Source: Promethearchaeota archaeon (lineage in GTDB: Archaea; Asgardarchaeota; Lokiarchaeia; Sigyniarchaeales; SOKP01). Taken from it: a stretch of 64,000 bases of DNA. How positions within the stretch are numbered: position 1 is the first letter of the stretch; each line of letters starts with the position of its first letter. Of this stretch, positions 9,894 to 19,458 are shown piece after piece. The position numbers were made by a program, and so were the translations under genes. A model generated the notes under the pieces. That model had not been told where the DNA came from, searched no databases, and saw only the letters and a list, made by a program, of their open reading frames with translations. The stretch covers positions 49,892 to 113,891 of the forward strand of contig JAEOTP010000012.1 in NCBI GenBank assembly GCA_016839765.1, given 5' to 3'.

Positions 9894-11264
9894 TTAGTTT
9901 TTAATAGGATATTTTGCTTTTTTCCATGCTTTCATGCTCCCTAATACATTAAAAACATTGTTAAATCCATTTCTCTTTAAAATGCTTGTTGCCATGCTAG
10001 CTCGAGCCCCATTCCCGCAGATTGTTACTATTGGAATATCTTTAGGTAAATCTTCCAACTTTTTTTCAATTTCACCAACATAGATGTTTTTCGCTCCTTC
10101 AATATATCCCTCCTTCAGTTCAGGGGCACCCCGAACATCAATTAGAAAGGTTTTTACACCTTGATCTAGTCTTTCTTTTAACGTATCAGCAGTTATCATA
10201 CCGATTGTGTCGATTGGAAGATGATTGCTATACCATGCAATTATTCCACCTACTAGATAACCCATAATATTATCATAGCCCAATCTGAGAAGATATTTAT
10301 ACGCTTTCTTTAGATCTGCGAAATTTTCCACAACAAGCAGTATTGGTTTATCATAAGGGAGAACCCAGCCCACATAGGACGGTAATCCTTTTAGCCATAT
10401 ATTATATGAATCTTTAATATGTACTGAACCAAACGACGCTGGATTTCGGGTATCAACAATTATTCCTCCCTCTTCTATTTTACTTTTAAATTCTTCGGGG
10501 AGTAATGGTTTAAACCGTGGCAAGTTTTTTAATAATGGAGGTCCTTGTAAATTATATTTTTCCATTTGTTTAAAATAAGGTGCAAAATAATGTTTTTCAT
10601 TTAATTTGAATTCTACAAACTTTTGTTTATCCTCCAATTGTAATACTGGATTTTGCAAACGTTCTAAACCAATAGTACTTAATTCCCTTTCATTTATGGT
10701 AGCTCCACAAACAGACCCAGCTCCATGAGCTGGCAATATAACAGCTTGATCCCCTAAAGGCAAGATTTTGTTAAATAGACTGTTATAGAGATTTTCAGCA
10801 TTCTTTTTTGATAAATCAGGACCATACATATCAACCCGTCCGGTATCGCCAACAAATAGAGCATCTCCCGTAAATACCATAATTGATTCGTCTCCTGTGG
10901 TTGTATCAAATACAGCATAACTTGTACTTTCATCAGTATGACCAGGAGTGTGGATAGCTCTAATTTTTAAAACACCTAGTGCGAATTCCTGCCCATCTTT
11001 AAGGGTTTTTCCATACTTCCAATCCAAACTAGGTCCGTGATATATTTCTACATCAACTACATCCGCTATTTCTTTAGACCCAATGACATAATCTTCATTG
11101 CGGTGTGTTTCAAACACATACTTTATGTTTGCTTCAGCATCCCATGCTAACTTAAGAAAAATTTTTGCATCTCGTCTTGGATCTACTACACACGCCTTGT
11201 TTTCAGAAGCTAAAAAATATGATATAGATGCAATTCCCTCGCTTTTTACTTTACGTAAAATCAT
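9894..11264 (-). CDS. Metallo-beta-lactamase fold protein fused to two rhodanese-like domains (persulfide dioxygenase-sulfurtransferase type)
   Basis: MBL blocks are ETHRNEDY, HTPGHT, FTGDALFVGDTGR and LPAHG. The first rhodanese-like domain lacks the active Cys. The second carries an active-site loop (CGNGARAS). Confidence 0.75.
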   Translation of the reverse strand: MILRKVKSEGIASISYFLASENKACVVDPRRDAKIFLKLAWDAEANIKYVFETHRNEDYVIGSKEIADVVDVEIYHGPSLDWKYGKTLKDGQEFALGVLKIRAIHTPGHTDESTSYAVFDTTTGDESIMVFTGDALFVGDTGRVDMYGPDLSKKNAENLYNSLFNKILPLGDQAVILPAHGAGSVCGATINERELSTIGLERLQNPVLQLEDKQKFVEFKLNEKHYFAPYFKQMEKYNLQGPPLLKNLPRFKPLLPEEFKSKIEEGGIIVDTRNPASFGSVHIKDSYNIWLKGLPSYVGWVLPYDKPILLVVENFADLKKAYKYLLRLGYDNIMGYLVGGIIAWYSNHLPIDTIGMITADTLKERLDQGVKTFLIDVRGAPELKEGYIEGAKNIYVGEIEKKLEDLPKDIPIVTICGNGARASMATSILKRNGFNNVFNVLGSMKAWKKAKYPIKN

Positions 11265-11409
11265 TATTATTCGCTCATCAGTATATCTTACAATTTACTT
11301 CTAATATTTCCTCATTCTATAATAATCTATTCTCTATAAACTAAAAGTTTAAGTATTAATAACAAACAATTATCTAATAAAATATTATCAAATTCTCAAA
11401 TCAATAAAA

Positions 11410-12036
11410 ATGTTGGATGAATTAGCTTTTTTAATTTTTATTTTTTGTATTCTGACATATATCTGCGTCATATTATTTAGTTTTAAAAGGAAAAAACATA
11501 CAAAGCTGAAGTTTTTAAATGAAATTTATAGCAATTGGGTAAAAAATCAAATTAAAGATGAAAATCAGTTAGTTGCTATTCAGACATTAAGAAATTTTAT
11601 TATGGGAAATTCTGCTTTTATTTCAGCCTTTTTTATCTTACTAGGACTTCTTGTGGGTTTTTATAGCAGTGGATTCTTCAATAATGAACCTTTTTGGGTT
11701 ATCACAAATTTTACTTTGGGACTTATGCAAATTAGTTTAAATATTGTAATTATTATGTTTTGTTTAATTAATTTTTCGCTCTCAATACGCTCAATAACGA
11801 GACTTTCATTAATTATCACTGGAAATCCAGAAAAGTATTCTAAAGGTGCTTTTAATGGATTAGAGCTTGCTAACAAAACATTTATTGCTGCAAAAAATCA
11901 TTGGATGGCTGGTGTGAGAGGTCTATTTTATTTAATAGCCAGTTTACTTTGGTTTATAAATTCATGGTTTTTTATCATTGGCACAATCTTAATCACATTT
12001 TATCTAATAGCTATACATGATGTTAAACTATTCTAA
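11410..12036 (+). CDS. DUF599-like membrane protein
   Basis: LVAIQTLRNFIMGNSAFISAFFIL matches the conserved AVQTLRN block of DUF599. It has 4-5 TM helices. Confidence 0.5.
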   Translation: MLDELAFLIFIFCILTYICVILFSFKRKKHTKLKFLNEIYSNWVKNQIKDENQLVAIQTLRNFIMGNSAFISAFFILLGLLVGFYSSGFFNNEPFWVITNFTLGLMQISLNIVIIMFCLINFSLSIRSITRLSLIITGNPEKYSKGAFNGLELANKTFIAAKNHWMAGVRGLFYLIASLLWFINSWFFIIGTILITFYLIAIHDVKLF

Positions 12037-12089
12037 CTTTTAATTTTGATATTCAAAAATTTTAATTAATATTCTATTCTCTAATTATT

Positions 12090-13109
12090 ATGATCCCTTC
12101 CATTGAATGGACGAGTAATAAAGTAAAAATGATTGATCAAACTCAGCTTCCTCATAAACTTCAATTTTTAGAGTTTGATGATTTTAGGGATGTAGCTAAG
12201 GCTATTAAAGTTATGAATATAAGAGGTGCTCCTGTCATCGGTGTTGCTGCTGCAATGGGAGTCGCTTTAGCTACAATTGAATATAAAAACCTTCCAAAAG
12301 AAAAATTTTTAACCAAAATGGAAGAAGCTGCCAATATCATAAGAAGTACGAGACCTACCGCCTCCAATTTATTTTGGGCAGTAGATAGAGTCTGGAAAAT
12401 AATCAGTACTTATCCTGACGATCCAAAAAATTTATCTGAATTAGTAGTCGAAGAAGCTAAGATTATGGCTCAAGAAGACATTAATGTTAATAAAAATATA
12501 GGAAAAAATGGTGCTACCTTATTAAAAGATGGAGATGTGGTACTTACGCACTGCAATGCAGGATCCTTAGCGACTGTTCAGTATGGCACTGCTTTAGCTC
12601 CTGTAAGAGCAGCTATTGAAGAAGGTAAAAAGATTAGAGTAATTGCGGATGAAACAAGACCCCGATTACAAGGAGCAAGACTAACTGCTTATGAACTCCA
12701 ATATGATAATATTCCTGTGAATGTTATTTCTGATACATCTTCAGGATTATTAATGAGCTTAGGAAAAATTAATAAAGTAATAGTGGGGACAGATAGAGTA
12801 ACTTCAGATGCTGTTTTTAATAAAATTGGCACATATTTAGTAGCTTTAGCCGCAAAGGATAATAACATTCCTTTTTATGTTGCAGCCCCTTCATCAACCC
12901 TCTCTCTTAATGAAACTGTAAAAGATGTTACTATTGAGCAAAGAGATAGCAGTGAAGTCAGCAATATATTAGGGAAGGTCCAGATAATACCTAATGGTGT
13001 AGAATGTATCAACTATGCATTTGATATTACCCCATTTAGACTTGTCTCTGCTATCATAACAGAAGACGGAATCTTTTCACCTAAGGAATTACTAGCAAAG
13101 TATAAGTAA
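12090..13109 (+). CDS. mtnA: S-methyl-5-thioribose-1-phosphate isomerase (eIF-2B alpha/beta/delta-like family)
   Basis: The N-terminus (IEWTSNKVKMIDQTQLP ... MNIRGAPVIGVAAAMG) and the blocks HCNAGSLAT, ETRPRLQGARLTAYEL and VGTDRV are typical MtnA. Confidence 0.75.
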   Translation: MIPSIEWTSNKVKMIDQTQLPHKLQFLEFDDFRDVAKAIKVMNIRGAPVIGVAAAMGVALATIEYKNLPKEKFLTKMEEAANIIRSTRPTASNLFWAVDRVWKIISTYPDDPKNLSELVVEEAKIMAQEDINVNKNIGKNGATLLKDGDVVLTHCNAGSLATVQYGTALAPVRAAIEEGKKIRVIADETRPRLQGARLTAYELQYDNIPVNVISDTSSGLLMSLGKINKVIVGTDRVTSDAVFNKIGTYLVALAAKDNNIPFYVAAPSSTLSLNETVKDVTIEQRDSSEVSNILGKVQIIPNGVECINYAFDITPFRLVSAIITEDGIFSPKELLAKYK

Positions 13110-13149
13110 TTTTTTAAATTTAAATTATCAAGTAAGATTAAGTTCTAAA

Positions 13150-13425
13150 ATGACAGCTGCGTATTTTTTTGAAAAATTTAAAACAACTAAAAAGAAGGTT
13201 CTTTTTAAGCTTTTTATATTTGCAGTTATTGAATTTATGTGTATAAACTTACATTATATTATTTCAGGAGCAACTGGAGGTCTTGATTGGACAGTAGAAA
13301 GATTATCTACTACAATAGAGGGATTTGCTATTCAGGCTATAAATTTAGTAGGGATTATTACTGGATTTTTAATAGCAGTTTATATTATTTTGTTGCTACT
13401 CCTACTCGCTAAAGGATCTGATTGA
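13150..13425 (+). CDS. Small two-TM membrane protein, hypothetical
   Basis: The ORF has two hydrophobic helices. I recognise no family. Confidence 0.3.
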   Translation: MTAAYFFEKFKTTKKKVLFKLFIFAVIEFMCINLHYIISGATGGLDWTVERLSTTIEGFAIQAINLVGIITGFLIAVYIILLLLLLAKGSD

Positions 13426-13430
13426 TTAAA

Positions 13431-14426
13431 CTAATTATTATCATATATTTTTTGTAACATTTCTTTTAATTCTCTTAAGTTTTTTGCATTCGAAATTATT
13501 TTTCTTAGAAGTGTAGCATCTTCGATATTTTTTGTTAACCATATTGAATTTCTTTTAAGTTCGTTAAATTTATAGTCATCTATTGAATGAGAAATAATAA
13601 ATACATTATTGATAAATTCATCAATACAATCCTCATAGAGCTGTATATTTTTTTGCATCTTATATATATCATTTTTAAAAGGCATGTATCTTTCTTTTTT
13701 CAAAAAATAGTTAATTTGATTAAAAATTTCGGGATTCCCCATGGATCCTCTCCCTATCATTAATGCGTCTACATCTGTGTAATCTAGAAACATACTTGCT
13801 TTAGTTGGACTATCTATATCCCCATTACCAATCACAGGAATATTTAATCTTTCTTTTATACTTTTTATAGTTTCTAAATCCAATTGAGATTTTTCAAATT
13901 TATTCTTTACAGTTCGTCCATGTACTATTAAAAATTCAAGGGCAGAATTATTCACCACTCTTATTAATTTATTCAAATCAGTTATTTCTTTTACTCCTAT
14001 TCTTATTTTCAGAGAAACGGGTCTAGAAGAGAATTTTAGAGCAATATTAATTAAATTAGCTAATTTGTCTAAATCTTCTAATAAAAAAGCTCCCTCTTTT
14101 GCTCTAATCGCTCGCTTTGACGGACAACCCGCATTGATATCCAACATATCAAATTTATAACTTTCAAGAGATATTATAGTTTTCTTTAAAGCTTCTGGAT
14201 CTGATCCAATTAATTGGATACTTATAGGTCTTTCTTCTTCTATTTTATATAAATCAGTAATAAACGAATTAGGACTTTTCTCAATTTTCTTAATATAGAT
14301 CATAGGAACATAAACTAAGCCTATCTTTTGAAATTTTCTACAAAATCTCCTATATGGTGCTGTAGTCACCTCTTGCATAGGCGCTAATAATAAATTATTA
14401 TCTATAGAAAGTGTCCCCAGTTTCAT
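13431..14426 (-). CDS. dus: tRNA-dihydrouridine synthase
   Basis: It has LLLAPMQEVTTAPYRRFC, DINAGCPSKRA (catalytic Cys) and VHGRT blocks of the Dus family. Confidence 0.75.
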   Translation of the reverse strand: MKLGTLSIDNNLLLAPMQEVTTAPYRRFCRKFQKIGLVYVPMIYIKKIEKSPNSFITDLYKIEEERPISIQLIGSDPEALKKTIISLESYKFDMLDINAGCPSKRAIRAKEGAFLLEDLDKLANLINIALKFSSRPVSLKIRIGVKEITDLNKLIRVVNNSALEFLIVHGRTVKNKFEKSQLDLETIKSIKERLNIPVIGNGDIDSPTKASMFLDYTDVDALMIGRGSMGNPEIFNQINYFLKKERYMPFKNDIYKMQKNIQLYEDCIDEFINNVFIISHSIDDYKFNELKRNSIWLTKNIEDATLLRKIISNAKNLRELKEMLQKIYDNN

Positions 14427-14565
14427 TTTACTAAAAACAAAATATTATCTAAATTTTCAAACTATAAACATGAAATTTTTATAAAAAATGAATTTTACTT
14501 AATTAGCTTTAAATTGCATATATTTGTTCTTTAAATAAAATATTATAGAAGTGAAAAAATTTACG

Positions 14566-15063
14566 ATGTATGAATATCTAAACGAATTCGAATTTAAAGA
14601 GACTCTGAAAGAGTTATCATATATAGAGGGAGAACCGTTAATATTAAGTAATGAATTTAGTTTTTTCCATAATAAAAACAAATTCAGAAAAGATTTAAAT
14701 CGATTACAATATATCTTCAAAGATTATACCAAAGACTCTCTTGTAGCAGCAGGTATCCGAGATACCTATTTAAAAGAAGAATACACTGAAAATTTTCTAA
14801 TTGTTTTATTTACTACCAATGAAATTGTTAAGAATGCAAATGAATTCATAGAGAAATATATAAATAAGAAATTTAACTCTGGTTGTTTTTATTTAGAAAC
14901 AACATCTAACTATATGTTATTAATTGCAAAAGAGATGAAAGGCTTAATTTCTGGAATCGATATTATGGAAGAGATTTTTACCCAAACCTTTGAAGATTAT
15001 CTTAAACAAGCAAAGTTTGATGATTATATTAAGATTAGACAATTTTTTATAAATAATTGTTAA
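14566..15063 (+). CDS. Hypothetical protein with a GH20 domain-2-like (zincin-like) segment
   Basis: The ATG at 14566 is preferred over the GTG at 14551. The segment GCFYLETTSNYMLLIAKEMKGLISGIDIMEEIF resembles EGYNLEIEKNFILIYSIHERGLFYGLQTLIQLL of the GH20-like gene at 42698. Confidence 0.35.
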   Translation: MYEYLNEFEFKETLKELSYIEGEPLILSNEFSFFHNKNKFRKDLNRLQYIFKDYTKDSLVAAGIRDTYLKEEYTENFLIVLFTTNEIVKNANEFIEKYINKKFNSGCFYLETTSNYMLLIAKEMKGLISGIDIMEEIFTQTFEDYLKQAKFDDYIKIRQFFINNC

Positions 15064-15104
15064 AATGATAAAATTGTTAAAAAGAGATATAATTTGATTT
15101 GAAT

Positions 15105-16826
15105 TTAATTACCATACTTCCAAGGTTTTTGTCTTTTTAAGTTATATGCTTTGTCAGCATATTCCTCAACCATTCGATGAGTGTTAAAATAAGCAGCAAG
15201 CGAAATTGCATTTTTACATCTAAATAACCACTCATCATGATTTAAATAAGTTGGAATAACCTCATTCTCCAAGATGTCATAAAAAGCTTTAGCATCAATT
15301 TCCCAATTATTAGACAGAGCTGGATCCTCTGGATTTGAATCATTTGGCCCAATACTCCATCCTGCCATAGAATTCATTTTATAACCTTCTAGCCACCAAC
15401 CATCTTGAATACTCAGATTTAAAACTCCATTTAAAGCAGCCTTCATTCCACTAGTGCCACTTGCTTCGCGATATCTTTCAGGAGTATTAAGCCATATATC
15501 ACAACCAGAAACTAGCATTTGAGATAAGTCCATATTATAATTTTCCATTAAAACAACTTTAACTCCATAATTATTATAAAGATATTCTCCAGATTCATAA
15601 ATCTTTTTAATAAAATCCTTACCAGCTTGATCTTTTGGATGAGCTTTCCCTGCAAAAATGAATTGGACATTTCCCTTACAAATTTTCCCTAATCGATCAA
15701 TATCATGAAATATGAGCACTGCTCTTTTATAGGTAGAGAACCTTCTAGCAAATCCTATTGTAATAAGTTCCTCGTCTAGCAAATTCCAGCTATGTCCTTT
15801 CTGATAACTTATAAGTCCAAATTTATTTTCAATATGAGCATCAAAAAGATCTAAATCATCCAATTCTATGGCATTTTGGAGTACAATAGGATTTGCTGTC
15901 CAATTTGGCCATTTCTTATCAAAGATTTGGCTAATTGGTTTTGATACCCAAAATGGTAGATGAATTCCATTTGTAATATAATCAATTTCATATTGCGGAA
16001 ACATTTTCTTGGTGATTTCTGCATGTTTTTTAGAAACTCCATTCCTATATTTTGAAAGGTTCATCCCTAAACGTGTCATATTAAATTGTCCATTATCCTC
16101 CCCTAATTTTAGAATTTCTTTGGGTATTCTACTTTCGAATACTTTCTTTACTAAACTTTGATCAAATCTGTCATGCCCAGCTGGAACTGGTGTGTGAGTA
16201 GTAAATGCAACGCTTGACTTTACCTTTTCAATATCACCACCAAACATATTGAATAACTCAATTGTGGCGAATGATCCATGACCTTCATTTAGATGATAAG
16301 TCTTAATATTATTATAGCCCAAAGAATTTAAGAGGCGGACACCCCCGATTCCAAGAATTATTTCTTGTACAATACGATTCCACTTCGAAGTAGAATCGTA
16401 CAGAGATCCCGTCATTTTTTTCATCCAATCCTCATTTCCATCTATATCAGTAGTAAGGAGATAAATCGGAAGGATATGGCCTGATTGCCCAATTACTTTA
16501 TATAACCAAGCAGAAACCTTAACATTTTTATTTTCAATTTTAATACAAATTGGTTTTTCAACCTTATCAAATTCATAGAAAAAATTCCATTCAACTTCTT
16601 TTTCTTTTTGTTCTCCGGTTTCATCAAATAATTGATAAAAATAGCCCGAACTATAGCAAAGACAGACAGCTACCATAGGTATTTCAAGATCAGCAGCAGA
16701 TCTTACTGTATCTCCTGATAAAACTCCTAAACCCCCAGAATATGTTGGTATATTACTGTCCATTCCGATTTCCATGGAGATATATGCAACAGTTGTATTT
16801 TGCCTTAAACTATCGTCGATTTCCAT
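15105..16826 (-). CDS. glgP: Alpha-glucan (glycogen/maltodextrin) phosphorylase, GT35
   Basis: It has GGLGVLSGD, the pyridoxal-phosphate lysine region (EASGTSGMKAALNG), and the short archaeal-type length. Confidence 0.8.
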   Translation of the reverse strand: MEIDDSLRQNTTVAYISMEIGMDSNIPTYSGGLGVLSGDTVRSAADLEIPMVAVCLCYSSGYFYQLFDETGEQKEKEVEWNFFYEFDKVEKPICIKIENKNVKVSAWLYKVIGQSGHILPIYLLTTDIDGNEDWMKKMTGSLYDSTSKWNRIVQEIILGIGGVRLLNSLGYNNIKTYHLNEGHGSFATIELFNMFGGDIEKVKSSVAFTTHTPVPAGHDRFDQSLVKKVFESRIPKEILKLGEDNGQFNMTRLGMNLSKYRNGVSKKHAEITKKMFPQYEIDYITNGIHLPFWVSKPISQIFDKKWPNWTANPIVLQNAIELDDLDLFDAHIENKFGLISYQKGHSWNLLDEELITIGFARRFSTYKRAVLIFHDIDRLGKICKGNVQFIFAGKAHPKDQAGKDFIKKIYESGEYLYNNYGVKVVLMENYNMDLSQMLVSGCDIWLNTPERYREASGTSGMKAALNGVLNLSIQDGWWLEGYKMNSMAGWSIGPNDSNPEDPALSNNWEIDAKAFYDILENEVIPTYLNHDEWLFRCKNAISLAAYFNTHRMVEEYADKAYNLKRQKPWKYGN

Positions 16827-17018
16827 AAATCATCATCTTTAAAATCTATATTTGAAATATATTCTTTTTCATATATTATGTAAAAGTTTATTATTAAATT
16901 CTTATGTTAAAAGAAAATAAAGGAAAAATAGCATTTTAATCATAATATTATGTATGTATTGACATACAAAATTAAAAAAAACTTTAAAATTTAAGGTATT
17001 TAATTTTTTAGATTATAT

Positions 17019-17666
17019 TTATATTTTAAGAGATTTATTTTCTAATATCTCTACTTTTATGCTAGGATCTTTAGCATTCATAATTTCTTTAAACTTATTT
17101 AAATCAGCGCCCCAAGAATGCATTGGAACAACAATTTCAGGCCGTATATCCATTGCAGCATCTGTAGCTTCTTCCATATCCATTGTATATGTCCCTCCGC
17201 AAGGGAGTAAGGCGACAGTTATATTTCTTTTAGCTAAATCCTTCATTTCTGGAATTCTCTCAGTATCACCAGCATGATATACACTTCTTCCTGCTGATTC
17301 GATTATTGTTCCTGCCCAACCATTACTCTTTGGATGTGTGCTCTTTTTTATGGTGTATGCAGGAAATAATTCTATTCTAAAATCTTTATAAGCAAATTCT
17401 TCACCAAATTTTAAAGGTTTTCCATTAAATTCTGCTAAACTACTAGCAATACTGTTTGGACCTATTAAGATAGTAGAATCTTCCCATAACTTCTTAATAT
17501 CCGTAGTTGAGAAATGATCCCCATGTGTATGAGATGATATAATTATATCTGCTTTTTCTTCACCTTCTTTAATATTATATGGGTCTAAATAGATAATCCT
17601 ACCGCTAAACATTGTAACCTTGAAAGCGGCATGACCCAGCCAAAAAATTTCCATTTGTGATTCCAT
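17019..17666 (-). CDS. MBL-fold metal-dependent hydrolase (UPF0173-like)
   Basis: It has WLGHAAFKV, SHTHGDH and HAGDT motifs. Confidence 0.6.
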   Translation of the reverse strand: MESQMEIFWLGHAAFKVTMFSGRIIYLDPYNIKEGEEKADIIISSHTHGDHFSTTDIKKLWEDSTILIGPNSIASSLAEFNGKPLKFGEEFAYKDFRIELFPAYTIKKSTHPKSNGWAGTIIESAGRSVYHAGDTERIPEMKDLAKRNITVALLPCGGTYTMDMEEATDAAMDIRPEIVVPMHSWGADLNKFKEIMNAKDPSIKVEILENKSLKI

Positions 17667-17774
17667 ACATTTTCACTTCTTCCAAATTTAAATTATAATT
17701 ATTATTTATAATTCAAACTTATATAACTCTATCTGATATTAAAACAAATAATAAGGAGAATTATAAGCAGAACA

Positions 17775-18161
17775 CTAATCTTCAGATTTTAAATCCAGTT
17801 CTGGTTTTGTTAAAGAAATTTTTTTAGAAATTCCAAATTTGTCAGATTTAGAAATGTCAATATTTTCGAGTTGTTCATTAAAAATTTTATTTCCAAAATC
17901 GGGAATTTGGTTTACCTTATTAATTTCTGGAATCTTATGAATCAAATTTGGTTTTAAAGTATTTTGTATGTGAAAGACATTTCTCTCTAATTTCTTTTTA
18001 TTAGTAATGTGTTTCTTATAAAAAGGATTTTCTGTTTTAAGCGGATTTATATTAAGCATTTCCAAATTTAAATCATTAGCTGGTCTTGTGCTTACAGAAA
18101 TTCGACAAATTGGACAATTTATTTCATCAAGACCATGTTTACAAATCATAACTTTTTCCAC
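17775..18161 (-). CDS. Hypothetical protein with N-terminal CxxxxxxxCxxC zinc-finger-like motif
   Basis: The N-terminus reads ICKHGLDEINCPICR. The rest is low complexity and K/N rich. Confidence 0.35.
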   Translation of the reverse strand: MEKVMICKHGLDEINCPICRISVSTRPANDLNLEMLNINPLKTENPFYKKHITNKKKLERNVFHIQNTLKPNLIHKIPEINKVNQIPDFGNKIFNEQLENIDISKSDKFGISKKISLTKPELDLKSED

Positions 18162-18228
18162 TCAAATAGATTTTCTTTTCTGAATTCTTTAAATTAATTT
18201 TATTTTATATTTCTTTTTATTATTAATT

Positions 18229-19341
18229 ATGAGCGAGTTATTAGAGGAAATTAAATCTCAATCCTTAGCACTAAGAGAGACTTTAAATTATATAATGAAC
18301 GATGGAAAACCTCAATTTCTAATTGTAAAGGACTTCATAAAAAAAGGAGGAATAAATAAACTAATCTTCACAGGAATGGGATCTAGTTATATTAGCACAT
18401 ACCTACCCTATTATATATTAAATCAATACGGAATAACAACTGAAATAAGAGATTCTGGAGAATTTCTATTCAATTTGTTTCCAGAAAAAAAGAAAGATAT
18501 TTTTAAAAATACGGGAATAATCATTATCTCTCAATCTGGTGAATCAGGTGAAATTCGAGAACTACTTAGGAAAATTAATTCAATTGATGATACTCCTTTA
18601 ACAATTGGTATAACAAATGATCCTGATAGTTATCTTGCATCCATGACAGAATTACAAATTTTAATGAATTTTGATAAGGAAGTATCAGTAACATCAAAAA
18701 GTTATGTTTGCACTTTATTATTGCTTTATGTGATGGCTAAAACAATAATAGGTGAATTTTTTACAAATGAAAGTGAACATGAGAAAATTGATCAGTTAAT
18801 AACTGAAGTGGATGTTTTAATGAATGATAAAGCTAGTTTAAATAAAATCTGGAAAGATTTAATAGATTCTTTTGGTTACAACATGAATTTTATCGAGATT
18901 TTATCGCGAGGTTCTTCAATGGTTACTGCTCATCAAGCTGCTTTGAATTGTAAAGAAATTGCAAAGGTTTATTCGGAAGCAAGTTCCATATCTACGTTTA
19001 GACACGGAGGTATAGAATGTCTTAATGATAACACCACTATAATTTTGATTACCTCAGATAATAAGAATTTACAATTAAATACGAAATTCCTAGATAATCT
19101 GATTAATAATTGGAAGTGTAAAAAGGTTCTTCATATAACAAATCAAAATTTTAATAATAAACTCGAGAAGATTCATAAGAATTCTAGAATAATTGTTTAT
19201 CGGCATAATATTATTGATAATTATTTGGCCCCAATAATGGAAATTATTATTCTACAATTACTCTTTTATAAAATAGCTGAAAAAAGAGGTATTAAACCGG
19301 GGAGTTTTTACTTTACTAAGAAAATCACAGATGATCTCTAA
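18229..19341 (+). CDS. SIS-domain sugar-phosphate isomerase/deaminase (GlmS C-terminal-like)
   Basis: It has two SIS-like halves (FTGMGSSY..., IIISQSGESGE). Confidence 0.6.
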   Translation: MSELLEEIKSQSLALRETLNYIMNDGKPQFLIVKDFIKKGGINKLIFTGMGSSYISTYLPYYILNQYGITTEIRDSGEFLFNLFPEKKKDIFKNTGIIIISQSGESGEIRELLRKINSIDDTPLTIGITNDPDSYLASMTELQILMNFDKEVSVTSKSYVCTLLLLYVMAKTIIGEFFTNESEHEKIDQLITEVDVLMNDKASLNKIWKDLIDSFGYNMNFIEILSRGSSMVTAHQAALNCKEIAKVYSEASSISTFRHGGIECLNDNTTIILITSDNKNLQLNTKFLDNLINNWKCKKVLHITNQNFNNKLEKIHKNSRIIVYRHNIIDNYLAPIMEIIILQLLFYKIAEKRGIKPGSFYFTKKITDDL

Positions 19342-19458
19342 TAGTATCTGTTTGGAGAATTTAAAAATTTTTAATATAAACTTTTTATATTTGGTTCTAT
19401 TAAATTTATTATTTGAAATTTAAAATAGAAATTGAAAATATAAATTGATTGAATACTT

